Part shown: piece after piece, positions 10,386 through 18,736 of the stretch
Layout: each line of letters begins with the position of its first letter
Numbering within the stretch: position 1 is the first letter of the stretch
Virus record (IMG/VR): IMGVR_UViG_3300030106_005057
Coordinates: 14,995 to 78,994 of that record
Origin: a virus
DNA: 64,000 nucleotides
Direction: 5' to 3' (one strand)
The notes under the pieces: model-generated
What the model was told of the DNA's origin: nothing
What the model saw: the letters and a program-made list of their open reading frames with translations, nothing else
The model's database searches: none
Made by a program: the position numbers and the translations under genes

Positions 10386-11191
10386 TAAACCAAATCCATA
10401 CAAACTGTCGCGACTGCGCATTTGCTGAGTACGCAAAAGGATCTCAAGTAGGATGCTCTGCAGGATTGCTAGATAAATATAGATCGGCTGGAAAAGAAAT
10501 TATAGAGGTTTACGACGACAACAACAAAGAGTTCTATGTTGTAAATGACAAGATCTGCCACTTCCATAGAGATAACGAATGGGCTAAGAACTACCCAAAG
10601 TCTGAACTGTTCAATATAGTAAAAGCACAGATAAAGACACCTTACCACTGTATAATTGTACTTAAAGAGCATGACAAGTTAGATGATCTGGCAGAGATGA
10701 TGGAAAATTTGGCCTCGCAGTTCAATCCTCCTAGCGTTGTTAGTGTTCTTAATATGAAAGTAGGTAAGAAGATATATAAGTTAAATATGGATATTGAGGC
10801 AATTGCAAAGAATTATGAAGATAAGTTTGAATGGAGGATACAGAATATACTAAGATCTAATATCAGTATTAGGTCTGGAATAGACCACTGTGTTGATGGA
10901 ACATACTTTAAGTATAACTATCCTTACTATATCGTCTTTAGTTGTGGTTTCCAGATACCTCCTTCATTTAGTGAAGAATTGCACGACTCTACTATATATG
11001 ATGGAGAGCAACCAATATTTGCTCAGCATGTAGACGATGATCTAAATGGCATGCTAGTAAATAAACTTATGCATAGAAAGCACACTGGTAATGCTTTTGA
11101 AATTCCTGTAGAAGAAAAAATAAAGAGCTTTGAGTCGGATGCCGCAGATTACTTTTATAACATAAAAGACTTATGTCCGAGCATGGGTTAA
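10382..11191 (+). CDS. hypothetical protein with N-terminal Cys motif, possible GT-A-like domain
   Basis: CRDCAF..GC N-terminus; coupled ORF in the glycan cluster. Confidence 0.4.
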   Translation: MINQIHTNCRDCAFAEYAKGSQVGCSAGLLDKYRSAGKEIIEVYDDNNKEFYVVNDKICHFHRDNEWAKNYPKSELFNIVKAQIKTPYHCIIVLKEHDKLDDLAEMMENLASQFNPPSVVSVLNMKVGKKIYKLNMDIEAIAKNYEDKFEWRIQNILRSNISIRSGIDHCVDGTYFKYNYPYYIVFSCGFQIPPSFSEELHDSTIYDGEQPIFAQHVDDDLNGMLVNKLMHRKHTGNAFEIPVEEKIKSFESDAADYFYNIKDLCPSMG

Positions 11192-11196
11192 CCTAG

Positions 11197-11898
11197 ATGG
11201 CAAAGCATAAAATAAAAGCTGAGTTAGAAGATAGCCTAACAGTAATAATACCTGCGGCAGGAGAAGGCAGGAGAATGAAAAGTTATGGACCTAAGCCTCT
11301 ACTGGATATAAAAAAGGAAAGGATCTTAACTAGACAAGTAAGGCTTGTTAGAAAAGTCTTGGGAGATGTTAGGTTTATAATAATAGCAGGTTTTGAATGT
11401 GACAAGCTTATGGACTTTTGTCCTGAAGACTTTATAAAGTTGGAGAATGAGAATTATTCAACAACCAATGTATCAAGAAGTCTATCTATTGCTCTTAGAA
11501 GCATAAAGTCTGAGCGTGTCTTAATTATATATGGAGATTTAGTGTTTAACGAGTATGCTCTCTCTAAAATGGATTACACTACATCCTGCACTTCTGCGAG
11601 TGTAGACTCAAACAGAGAAGAAGAAGTAGGTTGCATTAAGGACTCAAATAATAATATAACAAATATGATGTATGACTTAGACCATAAATGGAATCAAATT
11701 ACCTACCTTCAAGGTAAAGAGTTAAGCTTATTTAAGAAGGTATGTCAAAATAGAAAGCATAATAAACTTTTCGGATTTGAAGTTATGAATAAAGTTATTG
11801 ACTTGGGCGGCAAAATCAAATGCATACAAGATAAAGATATAAAAGTTATAGATATAGATACATCTAAAGATTTAGTAAGAGCGATAGATATAAAATGA
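11197..11898 (+). CDS. sugar/choline-phosphate nucleotidyltransferase (LicC-like NTP transferase)
   Basis: IIPAAGEGRRMKSYGPKPLL, IIYGDLVF, IDIDT. Confidence 0.85.
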   Translation: MAKHKIKAELEDSLTVIIPAAGEGRRMKSYGPKPLLDIKKERILTRQVRLVRKVLGDVRFIIIAGFECDKLMDFCPEDFIKLENENYSTTNVSRSLSIALRSIKSERVLIIYGDLVFNEYALSKMDYTTSCTSASVDSNREEEVGCIKDSNNNITNMMYDLDHKWNQITYLQGKELSLFKKVCQNRKHNKLFGFEVMNKVIDLGGKIKCIQDKDIKVIDIDTSKDLVRAIDIK

Positions 11899-12749
11899 TA
11901 GTTATAGAACAAAACCACAGAAATTCAGAGCCTATCGGAAGAGCTTTAAAGTACTCAAATATAGAGTGTATTGGTTGGAACAGCCATGCAGTGCCTTTAT
12001 TCAAAATGGCTCATGAGGCGAAACCGAGGGTATTAGTATACAATAGTAACTCTAAGATTGATTCTATACAGACTTTGAGACATATGTGTCCAACAATTCA
12101 GGCTATTGTCTATATGGGAGAAACCCCTAGTCAGGTTGACATTTCAATTAGTGATGTTATAATGTCTAGCATGGATTTTAAGATTGACAAATTATTAAGT
12201 ATCCCTACCAACATCTATGACACTGTTGAATACTATAACGTTCCCGGAAAACAGGATAAAGATATGATTTGTGAAGCCGCCTGCTTTACAGACTTCTTTA
12301 CTCAAGAAGGAGTTAATAAGATTACAGGGCTGCTTTCCTATATGTGTTCGCAAGATGTAAGGTTCTTTGGATCACAGAAGCTTGAAACCCCCAACTACTT
12401 AGGCCAAGTTACACCAGAGGATAGAGGGAACATACTTAAATCCTGCCAAGTCTATATAGATCTGACTGGAAATATGTGGCCTTTGGCAGTAACTAAAAAT
12501 TGTCCAGTTGTAGTTATGTCAGAAAATCCTATAGGAGGAATCCCCATTTTTGATGATCCGAATTCTCTTGCTATAGCGATATCAGAAGCTAAGTCTACAA
12601 ATGACTACTTAGATAACTTCAATGAAATAATAAAGTCTTCTAGTGGGTTTGATGTTTGTTTTTCTCTGCTATCAAGGCTAGGGTCTGAGGTGGCTGCACA
12701 GTCAGTAATGGAATCAAAGTTAAAAATTCAAATGGAGGCCACAATATGA
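11895..12749 (+). CDS. glycosyltransferase-like protein (CgeB/GT-B C-domain-like)
   Basis: VRFFG...NYLGQV...ILKSCQVYID pattern; cluster context. Confidence 0.45.
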   Translation: MIVIEQNHRNSEPIGRALKYSNIECIGWNSHAVPLFKMAHEAKPRVLVYNSNSKIDSIQTLRHMCPTIQAIVYMGETPSQVDISISDVIMSSMDFKIDKLLSIPTNIYDTVEYYNVPGKQDKDMICEAACFTDFFTQEGVNKITGLLSYMCSQDVRFFGSQKLETPNYLGQVTPEDRGNILKSCQVYIDLTGNMWPLAVTKNCPVVVMSENPIGGIPIFDDPNSLAIAISEAKSTNDYLDNFNEIIKSSSGFDVCFSLLSRLGSEVAAQSVMESKLKIQMEATI

Positions 12750-13156
12750 TTGGCATTATATCTCAAAGTCTTGATGGTATAGATCTAGAAGAAGTAGCTA
12801 AGGCTAATGTTACTATATTCTCCAACTGTAACTATAATAAGAAAACTCAACAGACTTCAATCTTCTCTTCTTATATGTCGTATCACTTTGAAGGGACTAT
12901 ACTGGCTTTGCACTTGCAAGAGGCTATAGGACTCCTAAAAAATAACACATGTGAAAAAAGAGTATATTGGGTAAAGTCAATCGAGTGGCATAGCTTTAAT
13001 ACTATCCCATACAGGGATTTACTAAATGTCTTCTGCAATGATGATATAAAAATAGTCGCAAATGACCAGACAATATTTTCTGTTATAAGTAAGTTTTTCA
13101 GAAAGCCTGATGGTATGATGAATAGTCTAGATAAAAAATTGATAGAGGCGCTATAG
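12746..13156 (+). CDS. hypothetical protein
   Basis: Coupled ORF in operon. Confidence 0.6.
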   Translation: MIGIISQSLDGIDLEEVAKANVTIFSNCNYNKKTQQTSIFSSYMSYHFEGTILALHLQEAIGLLKNNTCEKRVYWVKSIEWHSFNTIPYRDLLNVFCNDDIKIVANDQTIFSVISKFFRKPDGMMNSLDKKLIEAL

Positions 13157-13157
13157 T

Positions 13158-13943
13158 ATGAAATATCATGATCTTAACGATAAGAAAAAAGCAAAGACAA
13201 TTGAGTCTATGTACGTAAAGAACAATATGAGTTTCTCGGAAATAGCTAAGGAATTGGGTACTTATCCTAATAAGGTTAGGAGAGATGCAAAGAGGTTTGG
13301 AATTCCTATTCGGAGTAGAAGTCAGGCCGCAAAGCTAGCATTAAAAGAAGGCCGGTCAACCCACCCAACAGAGGGTAAGAAACATTCTGAGGATACCAAG
13401 TTAAAGATAAGTGAAAGCCAAGGAAAAGTATGGGACGCTCTGACTGAAGAAGAAAAAATCTCCAGATCTGAGATAGGCAAGAAGTCTTGGCATAGCAAAA
13501 GCGACTCAGAAAAAAGAGAAACTGTACAGAAAGGGAATATCGCTATTAGGGAGGCTTCAAGAATTGGCTCAAAACTAGAAAGATATCTTCTTGAGGAACT
13601 AACAAAGCTTGGATACGAAGTTCAGTTTCATAAAGAACATATATTAAAAAACCAAAGACTTGAGATTGACCTTTATGTTAATGATGTCATGACTGCTATA
13701 GAAGTAGACGGCCCATCACATTTCGAACCTGTTTGGGGAGAAGAAAATCTTGAAAGAAATAAGAGGTCAGATCGACAAAAAACGGGTCTAATTATATCAC
13801 AGGGAATGATTCTAATTAGAATAAAGCAAGACAAAAGGAGCTCTCAGAGATATTTCAGAAGTATCCTTGAGAACCTTGAAAAGGAATTGAGGAAGATAAA
13901 AACTAAATTTCCAAAGGAAGATCAGAGGTATATAGAAATATGA
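13158..13943 (+). CDS. HTH/NUMOD3 plus Vsr/DUF559-like endonuclease (homing-endonuclease-like)
   Basis: N-terminal HTH MSFSEIAKELG, GKKHSEDTKLKIS (NUMOD3), EIDLY...IEVDGPSH. Confidence 0.75.
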   Translation: MKYHDLNDKKKAKTIESMYVKNNMSFSEIAKELGTYPNKVRRDAKRFGIPIRSRSQAAKLALKEGRSTHPTEGKKHSEDTKLKISESQGKVWDALTEEEKISRSEIGKKSWHSKSDSEKRETVQKGNIAIREASRIGSKLERYLLEELTKLGYEVQFHKEHILKNQRLEIDLYVNDVMTAIEVDGPSHFEPVWGEENLERNKRSDRQKTGLIISQGMILIRIKQDKRSSQRYFRSILENLEKELRKIKTKFPKEDQRYIEI

Positions 13944-14692
13944 CTAAAACAAAGAAAAAGCCTGAACCAAAAGATTTCGAAGAGATCGCAGAAGTTATCC
14001 AAGAAGAACTAATGGAGGAGAATGAGGACAAGACCTATACTCCTGCTGACCCTGAATGGAGTGAATATGTATTGGATCAAATGCATGACAGCGAGCTTAA
14101 GCAGGGAAACCCTACCGTAGACGGACTAAGAAGGGTCACTGAACGAGTCTATGGGGAAATAGTAAGTTCGACAAGTGAAATATTTAACTACGATACTTCT
14201 AGAGGTATTTGCACGGTTAAACACACTTTAGCGATCCAAAAGTATGCTACCGATGTTATAATAACTGTAGATGGTTGTGTTGATGTTAAGTTTCAAAACA
14301 TTCCACACCCTTTCAACCAACACCTTGTTTCTACAGCAGATACCCGAGCTGAAGGCAAAGCCTTGCGAAGAGCTCTTAAATTAAGGGTCGTGACTGCTGA
14401 GGAAGTCCAGCAAACATCTGAAGATGATGTGCTAGCTGCTCAGGAGAATATAACTGACCAGCAAATACTGGCAATCAACCAAATGTGTAAACGACTGGAT
14501 GTAAACTTGGTTGAGGGTGTGAAAAGTGTATGTCCTAACGCCGACTCAATCAGAGATTCTAGTAACCTCCAAGGCAGGATGCTGTTAAGTACTTTATCCG
14601 AGTACCAAAGAAGTCCAGCATCTATTCCTGAAAACTTGAAGGGTTACGATTCCGAATGGAGAGAAACATTTGATACCGGAGGTAAAAAGTAA
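13940..14692 (+). CDS. putative ssDNA-annealing protein (Rad52/Sak-like)
   Basis: TADTRAEGKALRRAL helix motif following a beta-hairpin pattern. Confidence 0.45.
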   Translation: MTKTKKKPEPKDFEEIAEVIQEELMEENEDKTYTPADPEWSEYVLDQMHDSELKQGNPTVDGLRRVTERVYGEIVSSTSEIFNYDTSRGICTVKHTLAIQKYATDVIITVDGCVDVKFQNIPHPFNQHLVSTADTRAEGKALRRALKLRVVTAEEVQQTSEDDVLAAQENITDQQILAINQMCKRLDVNLVEGVKSVCPNADSIRDSSNLQGRMLLSTLSEYQRSPASIPENLKGYDSEWRETFDTGGKK

Positions 14693-15078
14693 TGAAGGCT
14701 AATGTTAGAGCAACACCCGACTTGACTTTTCAAGTTGATGCGGAAACTGAAGAAGAACTTTTTAAACAAGTTGCTAGAGTTCAAGAAGTTTTTCAGCATC
14801 AATCCTGTGGTAAATGTGCTTCACCAAATGTGAAGTTTGTTTGCCGTCATGATAGCTCAGAGAATGACTGGCTTGAAGTAGTCTGCAAGGACTGTAGAGC
14901 AAAGGTTATATTCGGACGCACGAAGAAGGGTGGTCAAATCTATCCAAAGATCAGATGGGATCAGCTTTCTGAGAAGCAGAAAGAGCAAAGAGCAAATGAA
15001 AAGGCTTATGCTGATAAAAACCGAGGGTTCTTACCACAGAAAGGGTGGTTTGTATATAAGCCACCAGCTTCTAAGTGA
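14692..15078 (+). CDS. Zn-ribbon protein
   Basis: CGKC...CKDC. Confidence 0.65.
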   Translation: MKANVRATPDLTFQVDAETEEELFKQVARVQEVFQHQSCGKCASPNVKFVCRHDSSENDWLEVVCKDCRAKVIFGRTKKGGQIYPKIRWDQLSEKQKEQRANEKAYADKNRGFLPQKGWFVYKPPASK

Positions 15079-15105
15079 GATTCTAAGGCAGTTTTTTAAA
15101 ACTGG

Positions 15106-15130
15106 AGGGGGTTTTATACCCCCTTTTTTT
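15106..15130 (+). terminator. intrinsic terminator at the convergence of the two arms
   Basis: AGGGGGT-TTTAT-ACCCCCT hairpin followed by a T run. Confidence 0.75.
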
Positions 15131-16124
15131 ATTGCCTTATAATCCCATGTCCTTCGGGCCTGATTCTTGAGGCGTCAACTATTGGGTGAGATAACAAATC
15201 CTCATTGTTGTGTAGTAGTTTTATGAAATCAGAGTATTTTTCATGATTGGTGTTGGCAAGACTCTTTTCATTGAAGGTAGCAACTCCTCCTCTTATGTCG
15301 GGCCAGTTCCTTAACATTGTAAGATTGACTCTTGTGGCGTTGTTCTCTATAGCTCTTTCAATAAACAGGGGTATGTCAGTAAAGTTATCTGACTCTACTA
15401 CCATGTTTAATATGAACTGCTTGCCTAGCTTTGATACGAACTTCATAGCTATGTCAAGATCTTCAAATCTGCCTCCAAGGCGGGTCTTCTCATAGATCTC
15501 TTTACTAGCAGCGTCTACACTCATTTTTATTCTACTAATATTGTCATGTATATGACTTATAGAATCCCAGTACTTAGGTATTAATAGGCCATTTGTAAAA
15601 ATCTCAATCTCCAAATCTTTGTATTTAGAAATCTCAAACGTCTGAAGTATCTTTCTCCAAGCAGGACTTGCTAAAGGATCTCCAGACCCTATAGCTGATA
15701 TAAACTTAATGCTCTCATGGAAAGTATCTAGTACATTCTTAGTTTGTCTAAATATCTCATCTTGCCTTTTTTCTATTATGGGCTTTGACCTACAAGACCA
15801 GCAGTGCAGGTTGCAAGTCATATCATTTGCAAAGACAATACTCCTTGGACCACGATTCATAACTGGTTTCATATACTCTTCTATAGGTGGATCTTTCCTG
15901 TCTTTTAATAATGACAATACGCATCCTTTACAGAGGCTGTCATCACTATTGATCCAAGCCTGCCTGAGTTTTTGAAATCTTTCGTGATTCCACACCTTCC
16001 AAAGATTTTCGTACTTACCTTCTACAGTTACTTCTCCGTGATCAGTAAACCAACTAGGACAGCATGTTATATAGCTAGCAGGATGCACATGAAGTGTATT
16101 GAAAGGGTTTGAGCAAAATTTCAT
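15129..16124 (-). CDS. radical SAM protein with N-terminal SPASM/twitch-like domain
   Basis: CNLHCWSC, GSGDPL, TNG, SVDA; N-terminal CSNPF...CC...C. Confidence 0.85.
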   Translation of the reverse strand: MKFCSNPFNTLHVHPASYITCCPSWFTDHGEVTVEGKYENLWKVWNHERFQKLRQAWINSDDSLCKGCVLSLLKDRKDPPIEEYMKPVMNRGPRSIVFANDMTCNLHCWSCRSKPIIEKRQDEIFRQTKNVLDTFHESIKFISAIGSGDPLASPAWRKILQTFEISKYKDLEIEIFTNGLLIPKYWDSISHIHDNISRIKMSVDAASKEIYEKTRLGGRFEDLDIAMKFVSKLGKQFILNMVVESDNFTDIPLFIERAIENNATRVNLTMLRNWPDIRGGVATFNEKSLANTNHEKYSDFIKLLHNNEDLLSHPIVDASRIRPEGHGIIRQ

Positions 16125-16885
16125 CTTGTAAATTGCCTTCCTTCTAAAGTGCCTGAGATCTCATTAGAAAGGATGTGGTCTTTCCAACAGCAACCAAGGG
16201 GCTCCAGCCACTCTCTGAACATGGCATTATTCTTATGATAGTTCACAGGCAAAAGCGTAGTGCCTGTGCCCATAGCCAAAGAGCATATAGCTAAGTGTAA
16301 CCTATCTGTTGTTATGCTTTCAAACTCATCTGCAAGAGACCAGTAATCCTCTGGAGTATAACACCACATAGCCGGATCTATCTTTAGTTCGTGTCTGACA
16401 TGGTGATGCACAGAACCTCCATTTCTTCTAAGGAAGACTTGAGAACCTCTTTTGTTAATACAAGAGTCTGGAAAGTTAAAGCCCAGAGCTAGGTCTGGAG
16501 CTATTTCTCCATAACCCATTATGTCCCTACTAACAGACTCTCTAAAGAATGCCTTCTCGCACTGTAGATCTTCGGACCTCACAACACTTTGAGGTAAAAG
16601 CCAGCATGGGATTCCTGACTCGAAGGCTTTTCTTCTTATAGCAACAGCAGGCGGAAATCCAATGTTCCCTCCACCAAACAATAAAAGCTTATCACATCTT
16701 GGTATAGGATTCTCAGCTAGAGTGTTTACAGTAAAGTACTCAATATTAAACTCTTTACATAATTCCCTAGCGGACAGGTATAATAACTGATCTCCTATAT
16801 TCCCTATGCCGTCTACTATACCTACTGTTAGGCCAGACAATGGTTCAAAAACTGGGGCGAACAAAGATAGATCAACTAATCTCAT
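16121..16885 (-). CDS. polysaccharide pyruvyl transferase
   Basis: GNIGDQL, GGGN, LPQS, RE..S, PDLA, TDRLH. Confidence 0.85.
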   Translation of the reverse strand: MRLVDLSLFAPVFEPLSGLTVGIVDGIGNIGDQLLYLSARELCKEFNIEYFTVNTLAENPIPRCDKLLLFGGGNIGFPPAVAIRRKAFESGIPCWLLPQSVVRSEDLQCEKAFFRESVSRDIMGYGEIAPDLALGFNFPDSCINKRGSQVFLRRNGGSVHHHVRHELKIDPAMWCYTPEDYWSLADEFESITTDRLHLAICSLAMGTGTTLLPVNYHKNNAMFREWLEPLGCCWKDHILSNEISGTLEGRQFTR

Positions 16886-16894
16886 ATTTCTTGC

Positions 16895-17410
16895 TCAATT
16901 CAACTTAGGTAGGGAGCATCGGGGTATATGACACTTATCGCATATCTCATGCCAAACATTATTTATTTCTGAAAAATCATACCTCTCGACCCCTATATGC
17001 TGCCCATCACGCCCTTTGGTATACCAGTCAAAGTCATGCCTCATAAAATTTGCCCAATAGTCCTTGTTTTCGTTAGTCAAAACTTTTCTCCAATCTTCTG
17101 GACATGTGGGATCTTGATGAACATTTCCAGCAATATCTCTCTGTATGAGTCTTGCAACGCTATTAACTCTTTCTTTCATCGGGCGGTGGATAGCAAATTT
17201 ATATATATCATCCCACTCATCTATTATCTCCTTTAGCTTGACAGCTCTAATGTGGCGTTTCATTTGCTGCCAATTTTGTATCATCCCGCTAGTCCCTAAT
17301 ATTATATCAATACCCTTGCCAGCACATACTTCAGAGATTGCACTTGTTACAGAGTTTCCGGCTGTGCGAGGGATATGGATAAAAACAGCTCGTTTTGGTA
17401 AATATATCAT
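16895..17410 (-). CDS. sulfotransferase-family protein
   Basis: FIHIPRTAGNSV (5'-PSB loop) and RPMKERVNS (3'-PB-like). Confidence 0.75.
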   Translation of the reverse strand: MIYLPKRAVFIHIPRTAGNSVTSAISEVCAGKGIDIILGTSGMIQNWQQMKRHIRAVKLKEIIDEWDDIYKFAIHRPMKERVNSVARLIQRDIAGNVHQDPTCPEDWRKVLTNENKDYWANFMRHDFDWYTKGRDGQHIGVERYDFSEINNVWHEICDKCHIPRCSLPKLN

Positions 17411-17413
17411 ATA

Positions 17414-18424
17414 TTACTCATCGGGACAAATTACAAACTTGCCTGTCTCCTGTCTTATTATAATAGCCTCGGGTAGTTCGCTTTCTATAAAGAAATGAGC
17501 ATCTGATCCTTTAAAACATTCAGCTTTGAAACTCGCAGCTTCTTGTATGTGATTTCTGTCTCTCTCCTCTTCTCTTTCTGTCGGGAACATTTTTAGGAAC
17601 CCGTACTCTATATTATATTTCCTAAGCCAGTCTTCTGTTATATCCCGATACTTTTCAAGCCTTGCTGTTACTATACCACGACAACGATTCTTAGGAACTC
17701 TATTGTACAATGGCTTCACATTCTTTATATAATCTATATAAGCCTCTTCATTTATACACTTGTCATACGGCACATTAGGAGAAAGTATACCATCAAAATC
17801 TAATAATGCGCTCTCTATATATCCCGAATTGAACAGGTTCCATTCCAAAAAATGTGGAGGAGGAAGTTCCTTAGCATAAAAATCAACTTTGGATTTCGAA
17901 TCCGGATGGGCGTACACAGCACAATAATAAGCATCACGCTTTATCTTTTGCTTTATGTTGTGAATGGCTGTGCCGGCGTAGATTGTATCGTCAACAACAA
18001 GCATTTTACCCTCAGAAATCTGATGGTCTTTCATCCTCATACCTCCAAACTGCTCGCACCCTGACAAAACTTTTATTTCCCCAGAGTCGCTGTCTATGTA
18101 ATAAAGAGGTAAATTAAGCAGCATCGCAATCATGCTTGCTGGAAGCATTCCTGATCTTGGTATACCAAGGACTCCTATTAGATTCAGGCCAGCTACTTTA
18201 GGCAAAAGAAGATCTCTACAATCTTCAACAAGCTGTGAAGTCTTTACATACTTTGCCCCAAGAAATGCTTGTGTCCTTGCATGCTTTTTGTCTACGTTGA
18301 CTTTATATCTTAACCTCTCCTCTTTGGTAGCAGACTGGCACCACTGCCAATTAGGAGGATCGTAAGTCATGTCCTGTTTGAAGTAGTTGCAGAAGCCATG
18401 AGATGGGCATTCACACTTGTCCAT
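17414..18424 (-). CDS. phosphoribosyltransferase-HAD fusion with Cys-rich leader
   Basis: GIPRSG, LVVDDTIYAGT (PRPP loop), LLDFDGIL and IVTAR (HAD); N-terminal CECxxxxxC. Confidence 0.75.
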   Translation of the reverse strand: MDKCECPSHGFCNYFKQDMTYDPPNWQWCQSATKEERLRYKVNVDKKHARTQAFLGAKYVKTSQLVEDCRDLLLPKVAGLNLIGVLGIPRSGMLPASMIAMLLNLPLYYIDSDSGEIKVLSGCEQFGGMRMKDHQISEGKMLVVDDTIYAGTAIHNIKQKIKRDAYYCAVYAHPDSKSKVDFYAKELPPPHFLEWNLFNSGYIESALLDFDGILSPNVPYDKCINEEAYIDYIKNVKPLYNRVPKNRCRGIVTARLEKYRDITEDWLRKYNIEYGFLKMFPTEREEERDRNHIQEAASFKAECFKGSDAHFFIESELPEAIIIRQETGKFVICPDE

Positions 18425-18430
18425 ACACGT

Positions 18431-18721
18431 TTATTCCTCATCAACTTTTTCTTCTTTATATTTGTTAAAATGTGGAAACAGACGATTTAGAAATTTCTTC
18501 CTCTTTCCACATCCACATCCGCCGGAGTCAACACCAAAAATTCTTTCTATATTTTTAGGCGTTACACCCAGACTATTTAATACTTTCTCTATAGTATCTC
18601 CAAGTCCTTTTCTTTCGTCTGCATGCGAGTCAACATATTCGTCCACTCCATCAGCCTTGAATTCATGTATTACTCTATCTGCGAGTTGCTCATCTGAAAG
18701 ATTTTCATAATTGTTTTCCAT
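18431..18721 (-). CDS. small phage protein with GLGD...CGC motif
   Basis: GLGDTIEK...GCGCGKRKKFLN. Confidence 0.65.
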   Translation of the reverse strand: MENNYENLSDEQLADRVIHEFKADGVDEYVDSHADERKGLGDTIEKVLNSLGVTPKNIERIFGVDSGGCGCGKRKKFLNRLFPHFNKYKEEKVDEE

Positions 18722-18736
18722 GCTTTAATTATCCTA

